Shown here piece by piece: positions 38,608 through 47,639 of a stretch of DNA of 64,000 bases. The stretch spans positions 4,052,771 through 4,116,770 of the forward strand of contig OZ253476.1 in assembly GCA_965261795.1 (NCBI GenBank), read 5' to 3'. The DNA comes from Dehalococcoidia bacterium. GTDB lineage: Bacteria; Chloroflexota; Dehalococcoidia; Lucifugimonadales; UBA3495. The notes beneath the pieces are model-generated. The model had not been told where the DNA came from. It saw only the letters and a program-made list of their open reading frames with translations, and did not search any database. Every line of letters begins with the position of its first letter. Position 1 is the first letter of the stretch. Both the position numbers and the translations under genes were made by a program.

Positions 38608-39687
38608 CTAATCAGGGGTTGTAACTGGGGATAAGCCGTTGGCCTCACGGTAAGCGTCTGTCAATGCGTGAAGAAGTTCATCTGAGATTTCACCTATCCA
38701 ATTACCTTGCCCTATTCGCGTTCCCAGTAATTGCTCAACTCGCTCAATGGAGTTGGGAGCTTGGGATTCAAATACACTCCTCCACATCTGAATTCGCGGC
38801 CCTGTCCCCTGATTGTAGATAGTGACCAGACCGGAATTGGTTGTCTCGAAACGCGGTAGTAGCGTACATTCTCCCTCCCGTTTGCTAAAGACCGTACCAA
38901 GATAACACAGGTCTTCGCTAGCGAGAGAAACTGCCCATTGGTGGAGCTTACGCAGCAGCAATTGGAATTCGATAGGGGCGTATTCAATCGTTGCGGCAAA
39001 CGCATCTCCACCCAATTCAAACTGCCCGGGACGCCGATGTTCCACAGACTCTTGCTCTTTCTGCCGCAAACGTACCAAGTAGTCCGCAGCCTCCGGCAAG
39101 GGTATTGCCTGACTCGCATCAAGTAAGAGATCTGCGCCAGTCCGGTAAAGTTGCAGCTTGATGCAGGTAATGTCGATGCCTTTGCTAATCAGCCACAGCG
39201 CGCTGGTGGTCAGTTCCTTCGAGAACCCCGCAGAGGCCAGAATTATTCGCGGGCTGGCAGTCTCAATCATTGATTCGGGGCCGCCAAAATTGCTGAGGTG
39301 CTCGTCTATGCGGGCAGCCGGGTCAGCGTCGTTTCCCCGGCGTTGTAGATAACTGCGGTGAGCATCGACCACTTGCTCTTGAGTCAAATTGGCTACCATG
39401 GAAGCGTACCGGATAGCCTGTAGTTCCATGTGGTCGCCGGACCGGGTTCGTTTCAACTCTATAACCACAAGACGTCCAAATCTGTCCAACGCCAAAAGGT
39501 CAATGCTTCGCCCTGACTCCTCCCAGTTGCTGAACTCCTCAGCAACGACAAACAGGCCATCCTCCAAAACGTCCGGTTGATCGCGCAGCAACCGCTGTAA
39601 ATCGGTTCGTTCCTGTAATTGTTCCGCCTCAAATGATGCGGGCGGAATGGTTTCGAGGTTGTCAGTGGTCCATCGGTAGAGTGGCAT
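38608..39687 (-). CDS. NucS/DUF91-like PD-(D/E)xK nuclease-domain protein with an uncharacterised C-terminal half
   Basis: 359 aa. GRSIDLLALDRFGRLVVIELKR...ELQAIRYASMV matches the NucS C-terminal nuclease signature (iDll..D..g.lvviElKr......QllrY). Lower G+C by eye. Confidence 0.5.
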   Translation of the reverse strand: MPLYRWTTDNLETIPPASFEAEQLQERTDLQRLLRDQPDVLEDGLFVVAEEFSNWEESGRSIDLLALDRFGRLVVIELKRTRSGDHMELQAIRYASMVANLTQEQVVDAHRSYLQRRGNDADPAARIDEHLSNFGGPESMIETASPRIILASAGFSKELTTSALWLISKGIDITCIKLQLYRTGADLLLDASQAIPLPEAADYLVRLRQKEQESVEHRRPGQFELGGDAFAATIEYAPIEFQLLLRKLHQWAVSLASEDLCYLGTVFSKREGECTLLPRFETTNSGLVTIYNQGTGPRIQMWRSVFESQAPNSIERVEQLLGTRIGQGNWIGEISDELLHALTDAYREANGLSPVTTPD

Positions 39688-39782
39688 ATACGGCTCTCAA
39701 ACTTCCAGGGGCTTGGAGAGATTAGCCCGCCGGACCATTCTTAATGTGACCGACGGGCTAGGTTAGATACCGCCTGGCTAGT

Positions 39783-40829
39783 TCAGTTAAGGTGGGGCAG
39801 CACCTTGTCCGCCAGCAACCGCAGTGAGTTCATGTGCAGGTCATGTGGAATCCTGCGGCCCGCGTTGTGCTCAAAGACGATCTGGCTCAGTTGCAGCTCT
39901 TCCCGCAGTTCCAGCAAGCGGTCAAGCACCGCATCCGGCGTTCCAAAGACCACTTTGTCCCGCACCCAATCGTCGTAGGTCATATTGTTGATCCGGTCGG
40001 CTTGGGCCTGCCAGTTGCCCGTGGTGCCCTCCCTGTCGGCGTTTGCCAGGACCCTGTCGGCCAACCCTTGCATCGCCGCCGAAATGCTTTCCTTGGGGTC
40101 TTCATAGGCCCGTTCGGCGGACTCCGCCACGTAGAAGGGCAACCTCAGACCAACCTTGCCTTTCCCAGGGTGCCCAGCCTCCTTCCAAGCCCGCTGGTAG
40201 TCGTCGATGTAGCCCGCCAACTCCGATAGGGCAAAGACCCGCGAGGGGTTGACGAAGATAGGATACCCCATCCGCCCAATGATGGGGAAGGTGTCGGCAG
40301 AGGTGATACCGACCCTGATGGGAGGATAAGGGTCCTGGTAGGGCTTGGGCCGCACGGACAGGTTGTGACACTTGTAATGCTCCCCTTCAAAGGAGAACTC
40401 TTCGGTGGTCCACGCCGTGCGGATAATCTCTAAGTACTCCTCAAACCGGCCCCTGCTCTCCGGGTAAGGCGAATTGAAGGCATCGTGGTGCTCCGGGAAG
40501 GTGCCCCGGCCTACGCCAAAGTCCAACCTGCCCTGACAAAGATGGTCTAAGGTAGCAACCTCCTCAGCGATACGGATGGGATTGCCCAATGGAAGCAAGG
40601 TGACCCCGAAACCTATCCGCAGCTTCTCAGTGCGGGCGGCTACGGCGGTGGCCACTGTTATCGGGGAGGACAGGACACTGAACGGGATGAAGTGGTACTC
40701 TGCCAACCACACCGATTCCAATCCCATTCGTTCCGCTTCGTCCACAAGGGCGAAGCCCTGCTGGAACGCCTGCTGGTCAGTGGTGTTCTCGGTCGCCACG
40801 AACTCCAGGAACAGTCCGATTTCCATCAC
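39783..40829 (-). CDS. LLM-class flavin/F420-dependent oxidoreductase, paralog 3
   Basis: 348 aa. VWLAEYHF, AEEVATLDHLCQGRLDFGVGRG. Confidence 0.8.
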   Translation of the reverse strand: MMEIGLFLEFVATENTTDQQAFQQGFALVDEAERMGLESVWLAEYHFIPFSVLSSPITVATAVAARTEKLRIGFGVTLLPLGNPIRIAEEVATLDHLCQGRLDFGVGRGTFPEHHDAFNSPYPESRGRFEEYLEIIRTAWTTEEFSFEGEHYKCHNLSVRPKPYQDPYPPIRVGITSADTFPIIGRMGYPIFVNPSRVFALSELAGYIDDYQRAWKEAGHPGKGKVGLRLPFYVAESAERAYEDPKESISAAMQGLADRVLANADREGTTGNWQAQADRINNMTYDDWVRDKVVFGTPDAVLDRLLELREELQLSQIVFEHNAGRRIPHDLHMNSLRLLADKVLPHLN

Positions 40830-40943
40830 GTCTCCTTGCTTGGTCGAGTGGATGGACCTGGGATGAGAGGAATTCCCTCACCCTGACCCTCTCACACAGT
40901 GAGAGGGAATTTTACAGGCGCGCTTTCAACGACAAGCTACAAG

Positions 40944-41999
40944 CTAATCTCCAAGGCTGGTGGTCAATACCCACATCGGTCGCTCACCTACGGGGTAGGT
41001 GTCCAATGGGGTAAGCTCCCCTGTACCCGCATTTATGCGGTAAGAGGCCAAGACCCCCGTGGCCGAACCGGCGGCGTACACAAAACTGCCGGACGGGTCG
41101 AGGCTGAAGGCGCTGGGCACCGCCTCGGTTGCCGCGTGGCCCGCCGGCGTCAAGCGCCCGTCCGCGTCCACCGAGAAACCGGCAATGCTGTTGTGGCCAC
41201 GGTTGGGGACGTACAGGAAATCCCCGGAGGGAGTCATTTGTATCTGGGAGCAGGTGTTCCGCACGGTGACGCCGTCAGGAAGACTGCTTACCGTCTGCAT
41301 CGCCAACAAGGTCCCGGCTTGCTCGTCCAATTGATAGGCGGTCACGCTGCAACCCTGCTCGTCGGAGAAATAAACGATATTCTTCGTAGGATGGAAGGTG
41401 TAGTGGCGAGGCCCCAGGTTGGCGGTCATCTTCAACTCCAACGGGTCGTTGGGGCTGAGACGCCCAGTGCTCTCGTCGAACCTGTACTGGTAGATGGAAT
41501 TGGGGCCAGGGTTGTTCCGGGGCGGCTCCAATACGTTGTCGTTCAGCCGGGCGATGTGGGGCACGAAAGCGAACCGGTTGGAACGGTCGGTCTGCATGGC
41601 GTGGGCCCCTTCATTGGTGGCAATCCACTCGATGGGGTCACCCCCGACAGAGCCATCATCCCCCAACGGGTGCACCGCGATGTGGCCGCCTTGGTAGTGG
41701 GAGGAAAGCAGGTAACGGCCTGTACGGTCAGGGGCCAAAAACGCGGGCGGGTCTTCCGGCGTCACCGAACCGTTGCGGGTCAACCCGCCGGAGCCTTGGT
41801 CGATGGAGTAGCTGGAAATCTCTGCCTCCCCCCGATTGCCAACGTACAGCACGGACTTGTCCGGAGAAATAGCCAGCAGCGACGGGCCGCCAGCCACAGC
41901 CTGCTCGCCTTGAAGCGTCAGCGCCCCGGACGCGCCGTCCATGTTGAAAATAGATATCTTGTTGTCGTCCTGCGCCGCAACGTAAACGTAGGTTGGCAT
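40944..41999 (-). CDS. Lactonase, 7-bladed beta-propeller (6-phosphogluconolactonase-like)
   Basis: MPTYVYVAAQDDNKISIFNMD... and repeated blade pattern. Start at ATG 41999, preceded by AAGGAGG at 7-nt spacing. Confidence 0.7.
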   Translation of the reverse strand: MPTYVYVAAQDDNKISIFNMDGASGALTLQGEQAVAGGPSLLAISPDKSVLYVGNRGEAEISSYSIDQGSGGLTRNGSVTPEDPPAFLAPDRTGRYLLSSHYQGGHIAVHPLGDDGSVGGDPIEWIATNEGAHAMQTDRSNRFAFVPHIARLNDNVLEPPRNNPGPNSIYQYRFDESTGRLSPNDPLELKMTANLGPRHYTFHPTKNIVYFSDEQGCSVTAYQLDEQAGTLLAMQTVSSLPDGVTVRNTCSQIQMTPSGDFLYVPNRGHNSIAGFSVDADGRLTPAGHAATEAVPSAFSLDPSGSFVYAAGSATGVLASYRINAGTGELTPLDTYPVGERPMWVLTTSLGD

Positions 42000-42106
42000 T
42001 TCCGTGCCTCCTTTCCTCATTTGAGTGAGAACACCGTGCCTTGGCTACCAGTTCAACGCCCCGATGGTAGCTGTCAATTACCGCGCCGCCTGCCTGGATT
42101 GGCCAT

Positions 42107-42319
42107 GTGTATAATACACACATCGAAAGCAGAGAAGTCATAAGGCGGTTACGGTGGGAAGGGTGGGTGCGCAGAGACGTAACGGGCAGCCACTATATTT
42201 ATGTGCATCCCGACAAACCCGGACATGTCTCAGTACCCCATCCAGAAAAGGACATACCTATCGGTACTCTGCGAAACATATTCCGGCAAGCCGATTGGGA
42301 ATGGAGAGACCGGAGATGA
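42107..42319 (+). CDS. hicA: HicA mRNA-interferase toxin
   Basis: 70 aa. EVIRRLRWEGWVRRDVTGSHYIYVHPDKPGHVSVPHPEKDIPIGTLRNIFRQA is the HicA consensus. GTG start. ATGA overlap with hicB. Confidence 0.75.
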   Translation: MYNTHIESREVIRRLRWEGWVRRDVTGSHYIYVHPDKPGHVSVPHPEKDIPIGTLRNIFRQADWEWRDRR

Positions 42320-42738
42320 AGTTTCCAATTGTCATACACAAGGACCCCGGCAGCAGTTACGGCGTCACAGTACCCGACTTGCCCGGATGTTTCTCAGCCG
42401 GCGAAACCCTTGACGAGGCCATCGCTGCGTCCCACGAGGCAATTTGTTCACATATAGAAGTGCTACTCGAGGACGGAGAGTCAATACCGGCCCAAAAACC
42501 TCTTGAAGTACATCGAGCCGACGAATATTTGGCCGACGGACTCTGGGCGCTGGTTGAAGTAGACTTGTCCAAAATCTCCGGCCATGTCGTGAATGTCAAT
42601 ATATCTATACCTGCGTCAATTCTGGCCAGTATCGACGCAGCCTCAGAACGACACGGGAAATCAAGGTCTGCGTTTCTCTCCTTCGCGGCGCTTCATTACA
42701 TAAACGCAGACCTTGACGCCGAGTTGGACCTCACCTGA
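42316..42738 (+). CDS. hicB: HicB antitoxin (RNase-H-like fold plus C-terminal RHH)
   Basis: MKFPIVIHKDPGSSYGVTVPDLPGCFSAGETLDEAI is the HicB N-domain consensus. C-terminal KSRSAFLSFAAL is RHH-like. Confidence 0.75.
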   Translation: MKFPIVIHKDPGSSYGVTVPDLPGCFSAGETLDEAIAASHEAICSHIEVLLEDGESIPAQKPLEVHRADEYLADGLWALVEVDLSKISGHVVNVNISIPASILASIDAASERHGKSRSAFLSFAALHYINADLDAELDLT

Positions 42739-43582
42739 CCAGGTTCTCGGCCATCCGCTCCAACTGTTCGCCCATTTCCTCCTCGGTGTCACAATGGGTG
42801 GGCCACACCGACACCCGCTCTGCGCCGGCGTTCAGGAAGGCGTCGACTTGGTCCCTGGTGGTCTCGGGGGGCTGGCCGAAGACCGATATTGTTAAGGACG
42901 CCGGGTCACGGCCCCGCTCGTCTGCCAAGGCGTCAAGTCTCTTCCTGCTCTCTTCAATCTGCTCAGGCGTTGCCCGGTTGGGCAGCCAGCCGTCGCCCCA
43001 GCGGGCCACTCGTTGCAGCACGTTGCGAGCGTTTCCGCCCAGCAGCACCGGCGGATGGGGTTGTTGGACCGGCTTGGGATAGCTGTAGACTGGCGGGAAG
43101 TCGTAATACCGGCCGTGGAACTCGGCCTCATCCTTGGTCCACAGTTCTTTCAGCGCCCCTACCGCCTCGCGCGTCTGAGTCCAGCGATGATCGAAGTCGC
43201 CGCCCATCATGGTAGTCTCTTCCCGGTTCCAACCGGCCCCGATGCCGAAAATAAACCGTCCGTTGCTGTGCCGGTCCAGAACCGCGATCTCTTTGGCCAG
43301 AATTAGCGGATTGCGCTCCGGCACCAGGGTTATGCCGGTGCACAGCTTGATCTTGCTGGTGACCGCACAGGCCATTGCCAAGGCGATGTACGGCTCGGAA
43401 AAGTGGCGGTAGGTCCAAGGTATCTCGCCCCCCGTTGCGGGGAACGCGCTCTCGCTATGCACCGGCAGGATGGGATGCTCGTGGTACCAGATGGACTCAA
43501 ACCCCAAGTCTTCGGCCTTCTTGGCGATAAACGCCGGGTCCAGTGTGTAGGCCGGCAGGGGTACGACAATGCCTACTGACAT
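42731..43582 (-). CDS. LLM-class F420-dependent oxidoreductase, paralog 4 (short form)
   Basis: 283 aa from ATG 43582 (GGGAGG 7 nt upstream). ESIWYHEH, AKEIAVLDRHSNGRFIFGIGAGW. Its 3' end overlaps the hicB 3' end by 8 nt (convergent). Confidence 0.75.
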   Translation of the reverse strand: MSVGIVVPLPAYTLDPAFIAKKAEDLGFESIWYHEHPILPVHSESAFPATGGEIPWTYRHFSEPYIALAMACAVTSKIKLCTGITLVPERNPLILAKEIAVLDRHSNGRFIFGIGAGWNREETTMMGGDFDHRWTQTREAVGALKELWTKDEAEFHGRYYDFPPVYSYPKPVQQPHPPVLLGGNARNVLQRVARWGDGWLPNRATPEQIEESRKRLDALADERGRDPASLTISVFGQPPETTRDQVDAFLNAGAERVSVWPTHCDTEEEMGEQLERMAENLVR

Positions 43583-43835
43583 GTGATGACCTCCCGTAAA
43601 CGAATTCCAATGTTTGAAGTATTGAGCGTGGCCAAACATTAGCATAGCCCGCAGTCAAGCACAAACGGGCGCAAGCGTTCCGGCTTCGTAGAGAGGCCGT
43701 AGGCCGATGCCGCGCCTTCACCGAGGAGGTGATGCCGGCATTCGCGTGAGCCGGTCGCCCGACCCAGTGACTGTGCGCTGAAGGTACCTCAACCGGACCG
43801 GTATCCGAACAACGGCCACCAAGAAACTATCTCAA

Positions 43836-43990
43836 AACTTGTCGCAGCACCCAACCCGTCATTCCCGCAAACTTGTCGCAGCACCCCAACCCGTCATTCC
43901 CACACCCAACCCGTCATTCCCGCAAACTTGTCGCAGCACCCCAACCCGTCATTCCCACACCCAACCCGTCATTCCCGCGCAGGCGGGAAT
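43836..43990 (+). repeat. Tandem array of REP-family subunits (5 copies of CCAACCCGTCATTCCC) ending in the full hairpin
   Basis: aaacttgtcgcagcacc(c)caacccgtcattccc occurs 3 times (43836, 43869, 43923), interleaved with acacccaacccgtcattccc. The array ends in gtcattcccgcgcaggcgggaat. Confidence 0.85.
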
Positions 43991-44051
43991 CTATAGGCCT
44001 CGGTCAGCGATGTGGGGAAATCAGCGAGACTGATTGGTTTTGAGATAGTCT

Positions 44052-45500
44052 CTAAACCCGGCGCAGCAACTCTTCCTCCAGCCGTTCCACGTCAAAGGCG
44101 GCGCTGGCTCCGGCGACGCGGGCGTCGCCCTCCCGCACCATCATCTCGGCTTCGGTCTCTTCCAAGGATTCGGGAAGCTCATATTCCCTTTCCCTTCGCC
44201 GTTGCACATCGCGGGCGTGTTCCACAAAGAGGCGGCGCATGGCCACCACCACCGAGTCGGTGGACGACAGGTACTCGGGCATGGAGTACTGGGTGTACTT
44301 CTCGGCGTCGTAGTCCTGGTTGCGGAAGTTGAAGTTCAGCTCCCAGTTGCGGTAGGGCCAAGTGATGCCGCTGACCAACCGGCGTAACAGACCGGGCGGC
44401 TTGGAGTACCGCTCTACGTTGAGGTAGACCATGCGGGTCAGGTTTTCCTCGACAGGCACGGGCCAGCGGGTGCTTCGGAAGAAGCGGTTGTTGCCCCCGG
44501 TGCGGGACATGCCGGGTAGCCGTGTGCCGTTCCACTCGTTCACATCAGGGGTCTGGGTGGACGGCCCTCTCCTGAAGAAGGGGTCCTGCCCCCTGCGGCG
44601 GGCCTTCCAGTCAAAGAACCAGGTCCAAGCCAGCCGCCAATTGTGGAGAGGCCACACGCCTTCGACGCCGGGATAGTACATCTGGTAAGGTATTTTGCCG
44701 TCCTCGCCGTAGTAGTACTTTTCGGTGGACGACTTGCCGCTGCCCGGCCGGTAGTGAACGTTCTTGTTGTTGACCAGGTTGACCCTGTACCCCAGCGGAG
44801 TGCGGGGCCGGCCTCCCACACGGCTGCCCAAGATGCGCAGCGCGTTGCGGTGGACCATGAACGCATTGTGGGCGTCCATCGTGTTTTCCAGCACCAGCAC
44901 CCAGTTGCAATCGAACATGCAGAAGGAAGGGCGGCAGATGTTGTGCTCTTCGAACATCTCCGGCGGGATATCTTCTTCGGGCGGCGCCGGTTCGCCCTCG
45001 CCCATCCAGACAAAGACCAAGCCTTTGAGGGTTACGGTGGCGAACTTGCGGGCCTTCATTCCCGGCGCCCCGGCCATTTCCGACTCGGGGCCTTCGGTGA
45101 GGAAGGCGACGCAGTTGCCGTCGCCGTCGAAGGTCGCTCCGTGGTATGGACAGGTCAGGAACCCCTCGAAGTAACAGCGACCCATAGACAGGTAAACGGC
45201 GCGGTGGGGACACCAGTCCAGCAGCGCTTGCACCTCGCCCTGCTTATCCTTGAAGAACACCACGTCAGTGCCCAGCATTCGGAGCATCGACGGCTTGTCC
45301 TTCTTCACGTCCTTGGCGGGCAACGCCGGATACCAATACTCGCGGTAGCCGGTGGGTGGAATCCGGCTGCGGCGGTCCTTGGGGTTGTCGGGGACCTTGA
45401 AGGGAGGCGCGGCATCGAAGGCTTGGGTGCCCCGCCGCATCTTCTTGTACCCGCCGGGATAGCCTGAAAGGGGTTTCAACAGGAGCCTTTTCAGTCCCAT
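44052..45500 (-). CDS. Rieske [2Fe-2S] non-heme-iron oxygenase, alpha-subunit-like
   Basis: 482 aa. CPHRAVYLSMGRCYFEGFLTCPYHGATF (CxH...CxxH Rieske motif). Confidence 0.8.
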   Translation of the reverse strand: MGLKRLLLKPLSGYPGGYKKMRRGTQAFDAAPPFKVPDNPKDRRSRIPPTGYREYWYPALPAKDVKKDKPSMLRMLGTDVVFFKDKQGEVQALLDWCPHRAVYLSMGRCYFEGFLTCPYHGATFDGDGNCVAFLTEGPESEMAGAPGMKARKFATVTLKGLVFVWMGEGEPAPPEEDIPPEMFEEHNICRPSFCMFDCNWVLVLENTMDAHNAFMVHRNALRILGSRVGGRPRTPLGYRVNLVNNKNVHYRPGSGKSSTEKYYYGEDGKIPYQMYYPGVEGVWPLHNWRLAWTWFFDWKARRRGQDPFFRRGPSTQTPDVNEWNGTRLPGMSRTGGNNRFFRSTRWPVPVEENLTRMVYLNVERYSKPPGLLRRLVSGITWPYRNWELNFNFRNQDYDAEKYTQYSMPEYLSSTDSVVVAMRRLFVEHARDVQRRREREYELPESLEETEAEMMVREGDARVAGASAAFDVERLEEELLRRV

Positions 45501-45571
45501 GTCACCCGTCCTGTGCGGTGTCTTGATGGGTTTTGGTCATAGTAGCAGAGGTGTCAAGGATGGGGGTGCGG

Positions 45572-45856
45572 TCACGCTTGGACGAGTTGTACGATGCTGC
45601 TGGTGTCGATGGAGGAACGAGCCACCTCCAAGTCGTACATTCTTTGCAGGTTCAGCCAGAATTCAGGGCTCATTCCCAAAGCTTGACCGATTCTCAGGGC
45701 CGTGTCAGCGGTAATAGACCTGCGGCAGTGAACAATATCGTTGATTCTAATCGGGGGAACTCCTATCGCCCGCGCCAGCCTGTATTGGCTGATACCCAAT
45801 TCCTCCAGAAACTCCGCCAGATGCTCTCCCGGGTGGACAGGTCCGCCTGTGGTCAT
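45572..45856 (-). CDS. higA: HigA-type antitoxin (XRE HTH)
   Basis: 94 aa. VHPGEHLAEFLEELGISQYRLARAIGVPPIRINDIVHCRRSITADTALRIGQALGMSPEFWLNLQ is the HigA/VapI consensus. GGAGGG RBS. Confidence 0.8.
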   Translation of the reverse strand: MTTGGPVHPGEHLAEFLEELGISQYRLARAIGVPPIRINDIVHCRRSITADTALRIGQALGMSPEFWLNLQRMYDLEVARSSIDTSSIVQLVQA

Positions 45857-45868
45857 TAGTTGCCCTCC

Positions 45869-45961
45869 TCAGTGGTAGTCGGTTACTTCTATTTCTATTG
45901 CACCTTCGTCAGTCCAAATAAAGCACACACGCCACTGGTCATTGATGCGGAGGGAGGTCTG
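45869..45961 (-). pseudogene. higB (RelE/ParE-fold killer) 3' remnant, 5'-truncated
   Basis: Only QTSLRINDQWRVCFIWTDEGAIEIEVTDYH-stop remains (HigB C-terminal consensus sirIN.qwRi.F.w.dg.a..v...DYH). An in-frame TGA lies at 45971-45973, with unrelated AT-richer sequence upstream. Confidence 0.6.
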
Positions 45962-45982
45962 GGTAAAATTTCAAATATCTGT

Positions 45983-46105
45983 GCCATTCTGTGTCACTTC
46001 GTGTCATTCAGCTTTGGCGGCAGGGGCCAGTTTAGGATTATATGTGGCATTTTAACGGGTTTTTTTCAGGTTTTTACCGCTTTCAGCGCCATTTTGTGTC
46101 ACTTC
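45983..46105 (+). repeat. Two 18-bp direct repeats GCCATT(C/T)TGTGTCACTTC, 105 bp apart, in the non-coding gap next to the higB break
   Basis: 45983-46000 and 46088-46105 match at 17 of 18 positions. A weaker related copy (cgccttttgtcact) lies at 48601-48614, on the far side of the three-gene cluster. Confidence 0.6.
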
Positions 46106-46319
46106 ACTCCAGTTACGGGGCCGGTCCTGCCGCTGGATCAGTGGGGCCCATTCCGAATTGGCATCTATGGTAAGGGAGCGTTGCCCGATATGGAAAGGGG
46201 CAGGTGTCAGGGGGCAGCGGCCTTGAACCGTGATTTATTTACGGAGGGTCCCCGCACTCACACGTAAATGTCCCAAGAAGTCAGCACCTGTCGCTGCGGG
46301 TGGAGTATTTACCAGTGGG

Positions 46320-47621
46320 CTAATGCGCAGGTACAGCCGCCAACGCTCCGGCGGTTTTACGGAAGTTAAGGGCCACGTCGTCGATACGCGGCTTGTTCTT
46401 GTAGTAAAACAGGTCATCGTTGGTCAGCCCGGTAATGTCCAGGGCAAGGTTCAGCATGTGCGGTTGCAGGTGATTGTTCAGGTACATACCTATTCCGGCT
46501 CCGCCTATTGCGCCGACAATACCGCCGATGAGGTTACCCGGTCCTGGCAGAACACTCCCTGCCGCTGTTCCGGCCATCCCGCCTGCTGTAGACATAACAG
46601 TGGTGACGCCCAGTCGAGACATCACTGTCAATGACTGCACAACCTGAATCTTGTTTCTGGTGGTACGGTCGGCCGCTTTGAACTCCTTCTCAGTCTTAAT
46701 CACGCTATGGACAAGGCGGGCGCCTGCAATTATGGCTCCGGCGTAGGGAAGGATGTCGCCGATACCGTCGGGAATGTCGATGCCCATGTTGTTGCTGAGG
46801 GTGTTGAGGCCGTCGGTGATTCCTCCCACCAGTTCGTAGTCGGCGCCGATGTCCGCTATTATCCGACCTGTCTCGTCGATTCCAGACGGGACAGCTTTGC
46901 CGTACAATTCGGAGCCGAAGGCGAAATAACGATCCGAGACAAAGCTATCCGGGCCCTCCGCTAAGCGTTCGGCAATGGTGGCCAACTCTGGGTGCTCTTC
47001 CATTATCTCAGAGTCTGCCACCCATTTCTGGACATCTGCGTTGACTTGTTCGTAGAGATCGGGGCGTTCCTCTGCCATCCAGTCTTGGACGTGACTGGCG
47101 GAGTATGATTCGCCCGTCTTGGTTTGGATAACGGCTACCTTTCCATCCTGATTGATGCCTATATTGTCCCAAAATGGATGGTTAGAGTCTGGCGCCAACG
47201 TCATATGGGTCCACCCATCTGACTCTAACAATTGATTAGTTTCAAGCTCGGCCACCTTTCCCTTGAACCGGCTCATAAAGGTATTATCAAAGGTCCGAGG
47301 GTCATTGAGGGCATCCTGGAAATGCTCCCATACCGTCCTAGTTTCGCTCGGAAATTCCAACTCGTGGGCCCGTATCATCGTCTCACGCAGGTCATCGTCA
47401 ACGTTGATACCCGTGCCAAGTATGCTGATACCCAAGACGCTTCTATCCTCAAAGATGAACCACATACCAGCGGACACGGCTGAGGTAAATTCCGCAGCAG
47501 ACATCGCGCGGTCCATGCTCACAATATCGTTTATGTGGTCACGGAATGACCTGCGCTGGCCCGACTCGCCGCCGGGCAGTTCTTGCAGGACCGGGAGCAG
47601 GTCGGATGATTGCATGGTCAT
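46320..47621 (-). CDS. Hypothetical 433-aa protein: possible PD-(D/E)xK-like core plus C-terminal glycine-zipper membrane segment
   Basis: Uninterrupted ORF, 18 nt downstream of the preceding gene. FKGKVAELETNQLLESDGWTHMTLAPDSNHPFWDNIGINQDGKVAVIQTKTGES shows E...D...Q.K spacing. C-terminal STAGGMAGTAAGSVLPGPGNLIGGIVGAIGGAGIGMY has GxxxG repeats. I recognise no family. Confidence 0.55.
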   Translation of the reverse strand: MTMQSSDLLPVLQELPGGESGQRRSFRDHINDIVSMDRAMSAAEFTSAVSAGMWFIFEDRSVLGISILGTGINVDDDLRETMIRAHELEFPSETRTVWEHFQDALNDPRTFDNTFMSRFKGKVAELETNQLLESDGWTHMTLAPDSNHPFWDNIGINQDGKVAVIQTKTGESYSASHVQDWMAEERPDLYEQVNADVQKWVADSEIMEEHPELATIAERLAEGPDSFVSDRYFAFGSELYGKAVPSGIDETGRIIADIGADYELVGGITDGLNTLSNNMGIDIPDGIGDILPYAGAIIAGARLVHSVIKTEKEFKAADRTTRNKIQVVQSLTVMSRLGVTTVMSTAGGMAGTAAGSVLPGPGNLIGGIVGAIGGAGIGMYLNNHLQPHMLNLALDITGLTNDDLFYYKNKPRIDDVALNFRKTAGALAAVPAH

Positions 47622-47639
47622 GGCGTTGCTGCTCTCCCG

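Noticed and set aside
40899-42143. 414-aa plus-strand ORF
   Set aside because: It is antisense to the lactonase beta-propeller gene, which has a perfect RBS and blade repeats. The ORF has a Gly/Arg/Val-rich artefactual composition.
43836-43990. Possible small CRISPR array
   Set aside because: The repeat unit is only 16 nt and the spacing is irregular (about 20 and about 34 nt). The spacers are themselves repeated, the unit belongs to the dispersed REP family, and no cas genes are present.
45860-46267. 135-aa plus-strand ORF in the higB-proximal gap
   Set aside because: It is antisense to the higB remnant at its start and then runs through AT-rich repeat-bearing DNA. It has a Phe/Cys-rich odd composition and no RBS.
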